DNA of 64,000 bases from the human T2T-CHM13v2.0 reference genome, Homo sapiens (GCF_009914755.1 NC_060932.1); one strand, 5' to 3'; positions 28,400 to 46,859 are shown, counted from the stretch's first letter. Program-made: numbers and translations. Notes: generated by a model from the sequence alone, not told the origin.

Positions 28400-29373
28400 A
28401 AAATAACCCAAACAATTAGTCAAAATTTTGGTGGCAAGTATAGGGTCCATTGAAGGGATCATCTTTTGAGGGGAGACTGCAGGCGAGGATCTCCAAGATA
28501 TAACTGTATCCACTCTATGTCCCCAGTAAGCTAAAAATCCCCTGTGTAAAAACCCTGAATAGAGAGCCCCCAGGCTCATGCATGCAAATGAATCTTGCAC
28601 AATTTGTGCCCTTGAGGAAGAGCAGACTGATTTGCTACAGGTAGGTAATGTCAGATGTTTTTTCCCATTCACCTTCTTTTCCTTCTACCCGGTGAGCCTG
28701 TACACAGAACAGTCTGGAAGGTCTCAACAGGTACTGTCAGGCATGGAGCCATCCCTAAAGGTAAGAAATGTAGAATAGCCTTAGGGACATTTTTTTCTAT
28801 AATTGCCAGGTATTTCCTCATATTTTTTGGAATGATTTTGTTTTCCACATCTAAGCTCTGTAGTGCTGATGAATACAGAGGTCCCTTGCTGGGAGCATCT
28901 CACTCTTTTCCCAGCTTGACCATACCTGCTCTAAAGCTCTCATGGGTTGCTAAGAATCCCTCCCCCAAGGGTCTTCACAAGGTATTTATGTACATCAAGG
29001 AAGGATTTTCACAGAAACACTTTGAGGAAGCAGGGCCAATATGAGTTTCTCCATTCTACAAAAGGAAGTGCAGAAATGATTGCAAAAACTCACTCAAGGT
29101 CCTCACAACCCAGCCACAGCACAAACAATACGTGGATTGAGGTCTCCCATCCAGTTCCAACTACTCCTGGGTATATCACCTTGGCTGTATATCTGAGGTG
29201 GCAAAGCTCCTGTCCTCACACATGTTCCCTCCTTTTGCTTCAGCTCTTTCTTGTCTTTAATTGAAGCATTGCAACATTTGAGTCCCCAGGTAGCTCCCAC
29301 CTCCTTCCTCCCTCTCTAGAGACAACCACTATACTGAATTCAGAACCTGTCGTGCCCATGTATATTTAATAGC

Positions 29374-29667
29374 TTTTTTTTTTTTTTGAGACGGAGTTTT
29401 TGCTCTTGTCACCCAGGCTAGAGTGCAATGGCACAATCTCAGCTCACTGCAGCCTCCGCCTCTGGGTTCAAGCAATTCTCCTGTCTCAGCTTCCCGAGTA
29501 GCCGAGAAGGGGTGTACCACCACACCCGGCTAATTTTTGTATTTTTAGTAGAGGCGGGGTTTCCCCATGTTGGCCAGGCTGGTGTCGAACTCCTGACCTC
29601 AGGTGATCCACCTGCCTCGGCCTCCCAAAGTGCTGGGATCACAGGCGTGAGCCACTGAGTCCGGCCT
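29374..29667 (-). mobile_element. AluS SINE within an old antisense L1M fragment
   Basis: TSD tatttaatag on both sides; L1M-like flanks at ~29260-29850. Confidence 0.92.
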
Positions 29668-30944
29668 ATTTAATAGTTTTTTATTTAAGTATGCACATAT
29701 AAATACCATAAAGAGTTGTTGTGTAGATTTCGAAACCTTTTATGTCATTCTGCAACTTGCTTTTTTTTTCTTTCCACGGTGGTTTAGAACTTTATCCATA
29801 CATTAGCCCTGATTCATTCATTTCAACTGTTACTGTACTCTACACTGTCACCTCTTTTCAACAGCCTTGCTGGAAGTCTGCGCCTTCCTGTCTTTCTTCC
29901 CTTCCTCCACAGGATTGAGCGTCAGAATTTGGAGCCAGATGGGCTCAGCAGTCTGTCCTGTGCTTCCAGTAGGCCAATCCCCTGCTACGTTACAGCCACT
30001 ATTAATTTCCACCAGGGTTTATCCCAAGTGATTGGATTAATGAGACTGTTGATACAGTAATTTCACTGCCGCTTCATAATTAGTTCTCAGTGGCAGTTGT
30101 TGTAGTCATGATCCTTCTCAGTAGGAAGAGGTAGAGATAAAACTGGAAATAGAGCTTTTCGAAACTACATGAATCAGGAAATTTAAAATGGGACCTGGCT
30201 AATTCCTACCCAAAAGACCACTGAGACTTGGTAAATAAAAGTAAAGTAAAAGTTGTGCTTTGGGTATGTTGGGAGACATATGTAGGAATGTCATTTTCTC
30301 AAAATATTCTGATAAGATAATTAAACCAAACCATAATCAACTGAAAACTCTTTTTTTAATGTGGAGAATTATATGGCATAACAGCAGAATAAAACTGCAT
30401 ATGTTGAACTGCTGGGTTAGGTGGCCGTGAGAGCTGTGCATTGTCTGAGCTCACCATTCTAGGGGAGACATTGTCAAGCCCGTCCCTCTGATTGCAGCTA
30501 CCAGTTTCGTGGCAGTGAGATCCATGTAATTTAGCCCTGGAGCCAAGCACATATCTGGTTTTTCCATTTGTTAAATGAATTGTTTAGCGAATGAAGAAAA
30601 GTAGCAACAGTGAAGTTGCATTGGCACATAAGAATTTCCTAAAGGCTGCCCATGAAAAAAAGAATTATACCAAGCTGCCAAAAGGGCTATAGATAAACTC
30701 ACACATGGCAGCTACAAACAGGAAGGGAAGAAGCAAATGTTATAATGAAGCCAAGTTCATTCAGCAAACACCAGCCGAGGGCTTTCTAAGCCCAGTGCTG
30801 CAGCCTGAAGAGAAACAGAAAGGGCCTAAAGATAAGGGAAAGGAGGAAATATTTACTGAACATCTACTCTCTAATTTTATTCATGTTGAATTTCATCTTT
30901 ACCACACAGAGAAGTAGATGCAAGCTCCATTTTGCTCATGAGGG

Positions 30945-31537
30945 TGTTACAGGACCAACAGGTGGGTATGCCCATTGCACAGTAACAGACCAACTACACT
31001 GAGACAGCAGAGTTTGCAGCAGAGAAAGAGTTTAATGATCACAGGGCTCCAAGCAAGGAGATGGAAGGAGACCCTCAAATCCATCACCCTGAGGAGCTCT
31101 AGGCTGGGGTTTTTAGGGGGATCATGGAGGGGAAAGGGGCTGGAAAATTGGGGTCATTGATTGGTTAGAGGAGAGGGGATGAAATCATCAGAATATGGAA
31201 ACTGCATTCTTTGGTGAGTCAGTTCCTGTGAGGTCCTTCAGACCAGCTGACGTCAGTAGCTTCATTGGTATGCAGAACCTGAAAGAATATCTCAAATGGA
31301 AAATGTAACACTTTATAACACTCAAGCTGTTATCTATAGAGCAGTTAAGGGGAACTATAATCTTGCAGGGTCTACGTGATTCTGAGGCAACAGGCACCAA
31401 ACAGCTATGAGGAAGCAGGTCAGAGAGCAGGCTGCCCTCATGATTAATACTGTGTGTGCTGCAAGCTTGGTTTATCTTCGTTTCTTCCCCTTCCTTCTTC
31501 CATGACTAATTTTATAAAGTATATAGGGATGGCTTCA
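30945..31537 (-). mobile_element. LTR26-like ERV1 solo LTR inside a MIR
   Basis: TG...CA termini; reverse complement starts tgaagccatccctatatactttataaaattag...aaaccaagcttgcagcac. Confidence 0.75.
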
Positions 31538-31949
31538 AAGATGCCAAGACTGAGAAAGGCTGTCTAATGGAGCCACTGCCATTAAGCTAAGCAGCAGCAG
31601 ACCCAGGATTCATTCCCAGTTCTCTCTGACCTGAATGCCCCTGGCTTTCCAGAGCAAATATGGCATCTCTCCAAGATAAGGAATGGTCCTAGACTTTGAA
31701 GAGCTTACAGCCTAACAAAGGAGATCATTTCAGTTTAATTTTAAAAAATAACCCATTAGAAAACAACCATGGACAGAGGAATTGAGACTTCAGTACTCCT
31801 CATAACTGGGTAAAGTTTAGCCTATGAAATTTTATCTGTTTTCTTCCTACATTCTAGAAAAACACCACCTGAATGTTGTCATTTCTTCTATTTCTGTTTC
31901 CTAGGATGATTTCTTTACACACTCCACCTGACCACATGGATTGAAGTTT

Positions 31950-32430
31950 GTCATGAACATTGTCACTTTTTGGATCACCCAGCATCTGAACCTCCTTCCA
32001 ACATTTGGGGTGCTCCCAATCTTATGAATTTTAGTGACAGGCAGAGGCTACCTCCCACTACAGGGGCCAAAAATGCCAGCTGATTACCTTCCCAGTCCCC
32101 TTGCTGCTAGAGCATGATCACATGGCTGAGGCTTTGAAACAGGAGTGAGTGAGGCAAGGAAGCGAAGACCACAAATGATTCTGAAGTTTAATGAGATTGA
32201 GCCCCTGGAGGAGGAGTGGTATAGTGCTGGGGCGGCAACCTGTGTCCAGAGCCAGGGCTCCTGGTGCTGGTACCGAGGGTGTAGTCTTCAGCATGACAAC
32301 GGTTTTGTCCTCCCCAGACCAGCTCTGTACTGGAATGTGCTGGGATTATATCCCTTGGTCCTGGCTCAGTGGCCTCTGAGCCCAGGTCTGCATGTCTCTA
32401 CCCTTCTACTGAGCTAACCAACATTATGTC
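31950..32430 (+). mobile_element. LTR33/LTR16-like ERVL LTR
   Basis: cacccagcatctgaacctccttcc and ttcccagtccccttgctgctagagcatgatcacatgg motifs. Confidence 0.55.
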
Positions 32431-32499
32431 TTAGACAATTTTAATCAATAATAAAGCTTAAATGTAAAACTTGGACAAATCAGTTAAATCCTACTTGCC

Positions 32500-33350
<851 letters not shown>

Positions 33351-33384
33351 CATTTCTATTACTTTTAACTAAGAATGCAGTCTG

Positions 33385-33893
33385 ATGTTGGGAGACAATT
33401 GCCATGGGTTTCTCACCTTTCTGCATGTCTTAGAGCAGAGGTTATCACTGTCTTTGTTCCAGGGTATCTCTCCAAGGATTTTGGAGAATGAACAGCTTTG
33501 GAAAACAGTGGTATGTCCTCAGAAGCAGAAGGCAGGGCTTATTGATTCTCTGTGCAGAATAACAAAGATAATGCCTCCTTCCAGGGCAAAAGTCAGGAAG
33601 GCTTAAACTCATTATAAAAGATTCAGGTTACTTAGGCTTGGGATTCCTCTCGTGAAATGAACCCCACTGTGTATGCAGTTATCATCTAAACATCTTCACA
33701 TCCCTGGGGCTCAAGGAAGCGGTATAAATGATGGTATTCTGGCTATAGTCATTGCAATAAGTAACAGAGTCCTTTGTCTCTGACCCAGGAGCCTCATGTC
33801 TTCTGCCAGCATCCATGAAACTCTGGCAAGCTGACTTATTAGCTTGCAAGCAGTATAAAATCTCAGACCCTTCACAGTCCTTGAAAAGTGACA
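33385..33893 (+). mobile_element. LTR (MER89/MER90-like)
   Basis: tgttgggagacaattgccatggg start; gtctctgacccaggagcctcatgtcttctgccagcatccatgaaac 3' block. Confidence 0.65.
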
Positions 33894-34024
33894 CAGAAAG
33901 TAGGGTGGTTCGGGCAATCGACCTTCAGGGAAACTAGGAGGGGGACCTGAGATTGGTTGTCTGAACTGATCAGAGCTTATGACACTTAAAAAAAAACATT
34001 AATATTAAGAAATGAGACTTTAGC

Positions 34025-34500
34025 CATTCGTGTGTATACATTAGGAATGCTCCCAGCTCTAAGCAATGGAATATTGATGTTAATAGTGGCTTAAGCAATA
34101 AAGACTTAATTATATCATATAACAAGAACTCTGGAAATAAGAATTGCAGAGCTGGTACAGAAGCCCAGTGAGGCCAAAGGCCCAGGCTCCTTTTTCCTGT
34201 TCTGCCCTATCATCATTAGTTGTCGCCTCATTGTTACCAGATAGCTGTTGCAGGTCCAGGCAGCTTGTCTGCATCAAGGTAGGAAGATGAGAGAAAAGCT
34301 GGCACCAGCTGCATCTGATCTTTTTACCAGAAAAACAAACCATTGCCCTGAAGCCTTCTGGATTGGGATAAAGCCATTATTACTCATGACTTTCAGCTGG
34401 GCAAATGCTAACTGCCCCCAACAAAACTAGTAAACAAGGAAGAAGAGGCCAAAGGAGAGTGGGATGAATGTTCACCAAGGATCCGACAGTGTCTGCCACA
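34025..34500 (-). mobile_element. Old MLT1 (K/L-like) fragment
   Basis: aatagtggcttaagcaataaagac...cagtgtctgccaca. Confidence 0.5.
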
Positions 34501-34974
34501 GTCTACCCAGAGATCCCCCAACATCCCAATATCTGACCCAGGTGCTACATCCAGCTCAAAGTCCAGAATCTTAGGTCCAAATGTGTCTTCTCAAGGTCTA
34601 GTGACCTGTAAGCTAAAAAATAAATAAATAAATAATTTAATTCACCTGCTCAACAGTATTAAGCAAGTAATAGAATAAGTGAATCAACATTTTTCAGAAA
34701 AGAGAAAAATACAAGGCAGTCACCCATCCACAACACGCATGCCGTATCCCACCAAAAGTGAACAGAGCAGACACTATGGTTGGCAGTCTTGAGCTCTTCA
34801 GTGTGCCAGGCCAGCAACCCCTGGTTCTGCCTTTGAAATGACCTTCTCTGCCCATTGGCCTCTTTGCCCCCTTGTCCTGGACCCTGGGGGTGCTGCCTTG
34901 CCCACTGTCCTCCACAGCCCCTCTGAGATGGGCACTGAGGAGGATCCCCTGGAGTTGCATGATTTTCACAGTCT

Positions 34975-35105
34975 TTTTTATTTTTTAGAGGTGGGGCCTC
35001 ACTATGTTGCCCAGTCTGGCCTCAAACTCCTGGGCTCAAGCCATTCTTCCACCTCAGCATCCCGAGTAGCTGGGGTTACAGGCACACACCACTATTCTTG
35101 GCACA
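34975..35105 (-). mobile_element. FLAM/Alu monomer
   Basis: cactatgttgcccagtctggcctcaaactcctgggctcaag...gtagctggg. Confidence 0.8.
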
Positions 35106-35109
35106 GCTG

Positions 35110-35111
35110 TT

Positions 35112-35161
<50 letters not shown>

Positions 35162-35180
35162 TTTCTTTCTTTCTTTTTTT
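35110..35180. repeat. (TTTC)n microsatellite
   Basis: Read directly from the sequence. Confidence 0.95.
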
Positions 35181-36470
35181 AACTGGTATATTGTTTCTTA
35201 TACACTTTTATAAGGCTATTATGTACATTCTTGGACAAGTCTTTCTTTGGATACCAGCAACCACTTTTTCACCTGTCCAATTAGAAAAGGTCAAAATCTT
35301 GGATAACACATTTTGTTGGCAAGGTCATGTAGGCAGGCACTCTCATACTGCTGATGGGAGCATAAACTGGAACTACTTCCATGGAGGGCAATTTGGCTAA
35401 ATATATTACTCACGTATATATGAGTAATTTTGAGATATATATAGATATCTATCTATATACATTTGACTCTATACATATACATTACTCATGCAATGTCTTT
35501 TGACTAATTCCATTTCCAGGAATGTATCAAACAAATGTATTTATGCATAAAAAATGACAGTTCTACAGGATTATTCATTGCAGCTGTGTTTCTAAAGTAC
35601 AGGCTTGGAAACCACCTAAATGCCAATCAATCAGGGATGGTTGAATAAAATATGGTACATCCATACAATGATATTCTATGCAGAATTCATTGTATATTGT
35701 ATAACGAGAATGCTCTTAACTTAGATCTCCAAGAAACATTGTTAAAAACAGGTGCACAATAATGTATATAGGATAGTCAGTGTTATCTGTGCCAAAAAGA
35801 AAGGGAATCATATACCTCTGGAAGGACACGTAAGAAATTGATAACAAACGTTGCAGAAGGGAACTGAGTGACATGGGCATGGGTGGGAGCAAGACTTTCC
35901 ACTAGGTATTCGTTCTTTCATCTTTGAGCCATGTAAATATATTAGCTATCTAACATTTCAAATTAAACACTTGGTAGGCCAATGTTCATGGCAGCATTGT
36001 TCACAACAGCCAAATAATGGAAACAACCTAAATGTCCGTCAATGGGTAAATAAATAAACACAGTGTGGTCTAGCCGTACCATGCAATACTATTCAGCCTC
36101 AAAAAGGAAGAGAATTCTAACACATGCTACCACATGATGAACCTTGAGGACTATGCTTAGTGAAATAAGCCAGTCACAAAAGGATGAATATTGTATGATT
36201 CCACTAATAGGGTGGCAGCTAGAAAGCACAAATTCACAGAAACAGAAAGTTGAATGGTGGTTGCCAGAGGCTGTGGGGGAAGGGAAAAAGCGGATTGTTT
36301 GATGGGTTATAGAGTACCATTTTTACAAGATGAAAAGAGTTCTGGAGAAGGATCATGATGATGGCTGCACAACATTATAAATGTGTTCATACCACTGAAT
36401 TGTACACATGTAAATGGTTAAAACAGTAAGTTTTAGGTTATGTGTATTTCAACACATTTTTTAAAAATTG
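35180..36470 (+). mobile_element. L1M fragments (older L1ME-like, then L1MB-like 3' end from ~35975)
   Basis: ctcatactgctgatgggag; ttggaaaccacctaaatg; aatgttcatggcagcattgttcac; gtgaaataagccagtcacaaaagg. Confidence 0.8.
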
Positions 36471-36474
36471 GTAA

Positions 36475-36652
36475 AAGAAAGAAAGAGAGAAAGAAGAAAG
36501 AGAGGAAGAGAGAAATAGAAAAGAAAGAAAGAAAGAAAGAAAAAGAGAAAGAGAAAGAAAGAAAGGAGGGAGGGAGGGAGGGAAGGAAAGAAGGAAGGAA
36601 GGAAGGAAGGAAGGAAGGAAGGAAGGAAGGAAGGAAGGAAGGAAGGAAGGAA
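36475..36652. repeat. Polypurine tract ending in (GGAA)15
   Basis: 15 uninterrupted GGAA units at 36593-36652, preceded by GAAA/GGGA units. Confidence 0.95.
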
Positions 36653-36659
36653 ATAAATC

Positions 36660-37035
36660 AGAAAAAATCCAATTGAGAGGCATTCTACAAAATAGCCACT
36701 ACTCAAAACTGTCAAGGTCAGGAAAAACAAAGCCAGGCTGTCAGAGGTCAGAAGAAACTGAGGAGACATAACAAGTAGATGGCATGTGGTATCTGGGATT
36801 AAATCCTGGAACAGAAAAGGGACATTAATTTAAAAACTAGTGAAATTCAAATAATGGCTGGAGTTAATAGGTTTGTACCAATGCTGGTTTCCTAGTTTTG
36901 AAAAATGTACTGTGGTCCTGCAAGATATTAACAACAAGGGAAACTGGGTGAGGGGTAGACGGAGGGTCTGTATACTATCCTAACAATGTTTGCATAAGCC
37001 AAAAGTTATTCCAAAATAAAAAGTGTATTTTAAAA
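36660..37035 (+). mobile_element. L1MC-like 3' end
   Basis: cattctacaaaatag...aaactgtcaaggtca...ctggaacagaaaagggacatt...ccaaaataaaaag. Confidence 0.7.
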
Positions 37036-37258
37036 ATCCAACATTTTAGTTATTTTCAGGAACAGGATTTGCCAGAATAACCTAACCCACCTTAATCTGA
37101 AAATGGAAGGCTTTCCCCTAGACAACCCCATCATTCATTCCCTATCTCCTTCAGGTCCCTGCTCCAATGTCACCTGATCAAGGATTTTCCCCTGAACACA
37201 CTACTAAAAACTACTGCAACGTTTGTTATCCATTTCTTAGTAGCCCCACCTCACCTGG

Positions 37259-37772
37259 AGTGATGGTTAATACTGAGTGTCAACTTGATTGGATTGAAGG
37301 ATACAAAGTATTGATCCTGGGTGTGTCTGTGTGGGTGTTGCCAAAAGAGATTAACATTTGAGTCAGTGGGCTAAGGAAGGCAGATCCACCCTTAATCTGG
37401 TGGGCCCAATCTAATCAGCTGCCATCCAGTATAAAGCAGGCAGAAAAACATGAAAAGGAGAGACAGGCCTAGGCTCCCAGCCTACATCCTTCTCCCGTGC
37501 TGGATGCTTCCTGCCCTTGAACATCAGACTCCAAGTTCTTCAGTTCTGGGACTCGGACTGGTTCTCCTTGCTCCTCAGCTTGCAGATGGCCTATTGTGGG
37601 ACATTGTGATTATGTAAGTTAATACTTACTAAACTCATATATATATCCTATTAATAAACTCATAAATATGAATTAATAAGCTCATATATATATGAATTTA
37701 CATATATATATATGTGTATATATATATATCTCCTATTAGTTCTGTCCCTCTAAGAGAACCCTGACTAATACA
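37259..37772 (+). mobile_element. MLT2A (HERV-L) solo LTR
   Basis: gatggttaatactgagtgtcaacttgattggattgaagg...gagaaccctgactaataca; TSD cctgg/cttgg. Confidence 0.92.
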
Positions 37773-38269
37773 CTTGGCTACAAGGAATGGAAGCTCTAGA
37801 AGGGAAGCTCTAGAAGAGAAGTCCTAATTATTAACCACGGCTTCAACAGTAGGTTAGGAACAAGAACTACAGCATCTCACCATGTTTTCTTTTCTGGTGT
37901 GTCAAGTAAGTATGTATGTCTCTTTGTGAATTTTATCCTTCCTGTTCCTCTCCTTTTCCCTCATCATTTTATGTAGGGTGTATCAGTACTCGGTCCATGA
38001 GAATGAAGCTTATCCAAATAACCTATCATGGAGCTAGATGTGGTAACCAAGAGTCTCTGGGGCACTCCTCTTTGGGAGAGGGGCAGATATATTTTCTGTC
38101 ATATTCTGCTGCACTATGTGAGCCTGGAGCTTTGCAGTTTACATTTGGAAATGTAAATATGGGAAGAAGAGTATATTATGTGCATTGGACAACCAAACTA
38201 GTGGTCTCTGATGAACAGTTACCATGCTGTTTGACCACAATCACTCGAATGCCCCACCTTCAGAGCTAA

Positions 38270-38845
<576 letters not shown>

Positions 38846-38864
38846 TTCTGTATTGTCCTCACTG

Positions 38865-39710
<846 letters not shown>

Positions 39711-40375
39711 AGTCCTTTTCTGAGGATGAGTGATTCAGAAACATCAAGGTTCCAGGCACACCCAGAAAATTGATGGTACAGTCACAGTAGAAGCATATCA
39801 ACGTGATTATGTGGGCTGTGGTGCTTCTTGGAAAAACAACTTAAGCTCTATTCTCTTCTGGAGTTCATCCACATCTTGCATAGATACTGTTGGAATGGCA
39901 CATGTAATCCTTCATTCAGGAGGGCTGAGGACCCTACAATGATTAATTTTACATGTCAACCTCACTGCTCCATGGCGTGCCCAAATATTTGGTTAGATAT
40001 TATTCTGGGTATGTCTATAAGGGTGTTTCTGCATGAGATTAACATTTGAATCAAGCAGATTGCCCTCCCCAGTGTGGGCAGACCTCATCCCATCAACTGA
40101 AGGCCTGAATTTTAAAAAGGCTGAGTAAGAGGGAATTTACTCTCTCTGTCTACCTGATGGCCTTGGAACTGGAATATTGATCTTCTCCTGCCTTGGAACT
40201 TGGACTGGAACTTGTACCATTGGCTCTCCTGGTTCTCAGTCTTTGAGTTCCACATCTTGGGACTTTTCAGGCTCTGTAATTACATGAGCCAATTCCTTAT
40301 ATCTCTTCATCTATATCCATACATACATAAGATATATAAGATATATACACACACACACACACACACACATACATA

Positions 40376-43060
<2,685 letters not shown>

Positions 43061-44243
43061 TGTGTATACATACATACATATATATCTCCTATCTGTTTTG
43101 TTTCTCTGGAAAATCCCTAATAGAGACCCTCTCTGGAGAGAAATGTTCCTAGAGGAATAAGGAAATGTGCTTCACCCGGTAAGGAAGGGAAGGGTATTTA
43201 TTTAACAAGATCTGTTAGGTTAAACCAAGATTTCTCTAACTTTGGCTATCCATCCACAGACCACTTAATGGACATTTGGAGCACAAATTTTAGGTCATCT
43301 CTAAAGAGATTGTAAATTTTATGATAAAAATAAAAATACATAAAATCAATACTATTCATTTCAGATCAATGAAAAAAATGACAGTTTGAACTCTTTCGCT
43401 CTTTGGAGGGATGACATAGTTTGTGTCACAGGATTCCACATCCGACTGGTTTCTTCTATATTTACCTAAACTTACCAGTTGTAAGTTATTGAGCAGGGCA
43501 GCAAGAGTTTGGCTCTGTCGGAGAGTGCTAGATATTTGGGTTGAACGGGGACACGAAAATCGTGGGGAATGACTCACTGAAGACTCCTTTCAGCTCTCTG
43601 TCAGATGCTAAGTCAATAAGCACATCACACTGAAAAGCTGGAGGGATGACTCTGGGCTTGGCATCAGTGCTGAATGGATTCCTAATCTACTCTTTGGAAA
43701 GTAGCTTTTCATGCTCCATTGCAGCCCCTGGAGGTAATTTTAAAATATGCCCAATAATACATCATTGATTTCTTTCTCCCTGAGAAGAAAATCATCAAAT
43801 GTTAGAGAAAAGACAAACTTTCTGCAACTGTCCTATTTGTACCACGGACAGTCTAGTGTCTTATCCTCAGTATTAAAATTCATGGTCACTAAGCCCTGAG
43901 GCAATAGGTTCGGGATCTAAAGACAATAAACACGTGGCTGAGAAAACACCAGTTCAGCAAAGCACTTGAAGTCTCAGAAATAGTTTATGACATTATCAGT
44001 GCCATAAAGAAATGTTTCTATCTCATTCCTGATTTCAAAAGTTATTGAGCACTGCTTTCTCTTTGACAGGGTACTTCAGTGTTGAAAATGTCTTGTACTA
44101 GGTGCCCAGTGGGTATAATTTGGATAGACTCACAATTTTCATTATTTTCATCAATCTTGAATCAAGATCAAGATGCATAAATACCATTGGCTACCAATTG
44201 TTCTCAGGGAATAGAGTCATGTGTGGATCAATATTGCAGCGCA

Positions 44244-44500
44244 GGCTGGGCACAGTGGCTCACACCTGTAATCTTGAGCCCAGGAGTTTGAGACCGGCCT
44301 GGGCAACATGGTGAAATCCCATCCCTAAAAAAAATACAAAAATTAGCCAGGCGTGGTGGCTTGTGCCTGTAGTCCCAGCTACCCGGAGGCTGAAGTGAGA
44401 GGATCCCTTGAGCCCAGAAAGTTGAGGCTGCAGTGAGCCATGATCTCACCACTGCCTCCAGCCTGGGCAACAGAGTAAGACACTGTCTTAAAAAAATAAA
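44244..44500 (+). mobile_element. AluJ with an internal left-arm deletion
   Basis: ctgtaatc joined directly to ttgagcccagg; TSD-like ttgcagcgca / ttgcagagca. Confidence 0.88.
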
Positions 44501-46859
44501 AACCTTGCAGAGCAAACCTTTATCGATCAATGCACTGCCTTGCTATACACATAGGTAAGTATACTCAGAGATTATACCAACACATATTTGCTAATCTATA
44601 CCACAGCTCATGAACTAATCAGAAACTAAATGAAAAACCTTTTCTGTAGCATAAATTTTTTAGTGACAAAAAAAGACAAAAGTTTTCTAAGCTCTTTTCC
44701 CTCATGTATGCATCACACCTGTGCCACAAGCCAATTCACATTCTACCTACACATCAGGGGCTTCCTCCAAACATGCATGATTGCAATTGCTCTTTCACAT
44801 TGCCTGTGATATTCAAGAGCACCATTTTTTAAATGAATTTCTCAATAACTCATATTGCTTAGCTCCATGTATATTTATCATCAGTTTTTGGCTGGTTTTA
44901 CAAGCTTCCCATCAAAAGTGTAACTAATACCTTTTTCTGCTATGAGGACTCTGGAATTCTAAATGATGTCACTGTAGTTTCAGTCTTGTCTCTGCCATTA
45001 GCAACAAGATTAATCAGTTGGAAGTTTACTAAAGAGGTTTGTGTGCTTTGGGAACAACACAAGAACTTTGAAGTCTCCCTATTATACCTGACAAAGTTTC
45101 ATAGCAAACAACTTATTAGGGACCAGGTAGAAAATAGATTGCTTCCATTAAAATCCAATTTCTCATTTATTTACTCTCATACCTCTTATTTGCACTCCTC
45201 TTTTGACAAATTGTGCAGTTTTACTTCTTCCAGCACACAGAGTCACATTCTGTATTTGCACATTCTATGTTTGGGTTGTGGTGTTTACATTATTGTTTTC
45301 ATCTCCATTTTGATGCTTCTGTGAACCACTTATGAGCCATCTATCCTTTTTAAGTTAGAGAAATGCTACAACACATTTCAACCTATAAATGTTCCCTTAA
45401 CTGCTGCTTTCACTGTTTGCAATAGGTTTTGATACAGTTCTCCTGTTCTTCACTTCAATGCTTTTCTAGATATTACAGTACAAAAGTGATGATAATAGAT
45501 GCCAAATTCAATCCATGTAAATGACATGTAAATACATGGACCTAGAAGAACTGACTCTGTTCAGTGAAATGTTGCAGAAGATGATATTGTGAAAATGCAA
45601 TACATACACAACCTCTGAGAAGATGAACACTATGACTTCATTTGTTGTCTTTTAAAACCTGTGAATCACTTAATAGCTGAGCTGGGACCACAAGTAATCA
45701 GTGATCTGGTCACCGTTTTGATTGTCCAAATTACTAAATCAATGTTTGTTTCATTTTGTTGTTGTTAACCTATTTCATTTTTTAAATTTAGAAATAATTT
45801 TTTTATTTCCAGAAACTTTTTGTTTTTTTGTTTTTTTGTTTTTTTTTTTTTTTGCTCTTTGGCAATTCCTTTGCAATATAGTCTAATATTTCAGTAAGGT
45901 TTACACAATGTTTTTGAATCTCTTGTTTCTTCCCAAGTCTGAATCAGCACTCCCTAGCCTGGCTTTGGCTAGTTTTCGCTTCAAGCCGCTGAGCCTGCTA
46001 AATGGTTCAGGGTCTTTCTTTTCCTGTTTGCAAAGAAAGTAGGCAAAGACTTAATGCAGGTTGGGATGTTGAGCTCTTGCAGGCCCCATGGAGCTGGCCG
46101 CTTGGGAAGGAACTGTTTCTCCTGTGAGTCAGGGCCCAGTGGCCTGGCAAGCAGGGGTCTCTTGACTGAAGCCCCTGAGGAGACACCCAGTATCTCAGGG
46201 ACTTTGGGAGGACCAGTTCTCTCCCAACCACATGAAAAGAGAGCAGTTCGACCCAGCACGGCGGTTCCTCTTGAGGGGGACCAAGACCTGTGGAATCAGC
46301 AGCCCGTGACCTCTGGATCACTGGGCTCTGGCCTAGGCTTTGCCAGAAAGTTTGGCTTCCTCCCAGGTCCTTGGGTGTTCTCTCAGTATTGCAAATAATG
46401 ATGCACCAATGCAACCCTCCACTGGCCCTTGCCTGCACTTCCTCTCATGCTCAAAGCTCCAGATGTGTTTGGGATCCCTCTCTAGCCTCCAATAGGGAGA
46501 CACACTTGTCTTACTGGTCAATGAACCCAGCAGAGAGAAAGGGACGGGGGGTCATGACAGTGCTCTTCAACCAACATCTTTCCAGAATCCCCAATATCCA
46601 ATCTGTCTCTCATTGAACTCATCCTTCAGGTGGTCACCAGTGAGATTTATCTAAAACACGAAAGTGTCAGGCCCTGATGAGAACCATTTGTGATTCTCCA
46701 TCAGCCGAAGTTGAAGTGCAAGCTCTGGAGCACGGTTTACTAGTTTCATTCCACCACTCGCTAACACACATTTTACTCTGAATAGGACAGAACTGCTTGT
46801 GGTTCTAACATCGTTGCTGCATTCCTGTGTGTTCCTGTCAATGCTGCTACATCTCACTT

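Noticed and set aside
36438-36769. Lys/Glu/Arg-rich and FLPS-repeat ORFs
   Set aside because: Translations of the GGAA/GAAA microsatellite
37789-37816. 14-bp tandem repeat ggaagctctagaag resembling a heat-shock element
   Set aside because: Spacing does not fit nGAAnnTTCnnGAAn; ordinary small duplication
45817-45853. Orphan T-rich run suggesting an antisense retrocopy or transduction
   Set aside because: No adjacent poly(A) signal, no convincing TSD and no recognisable source sequence
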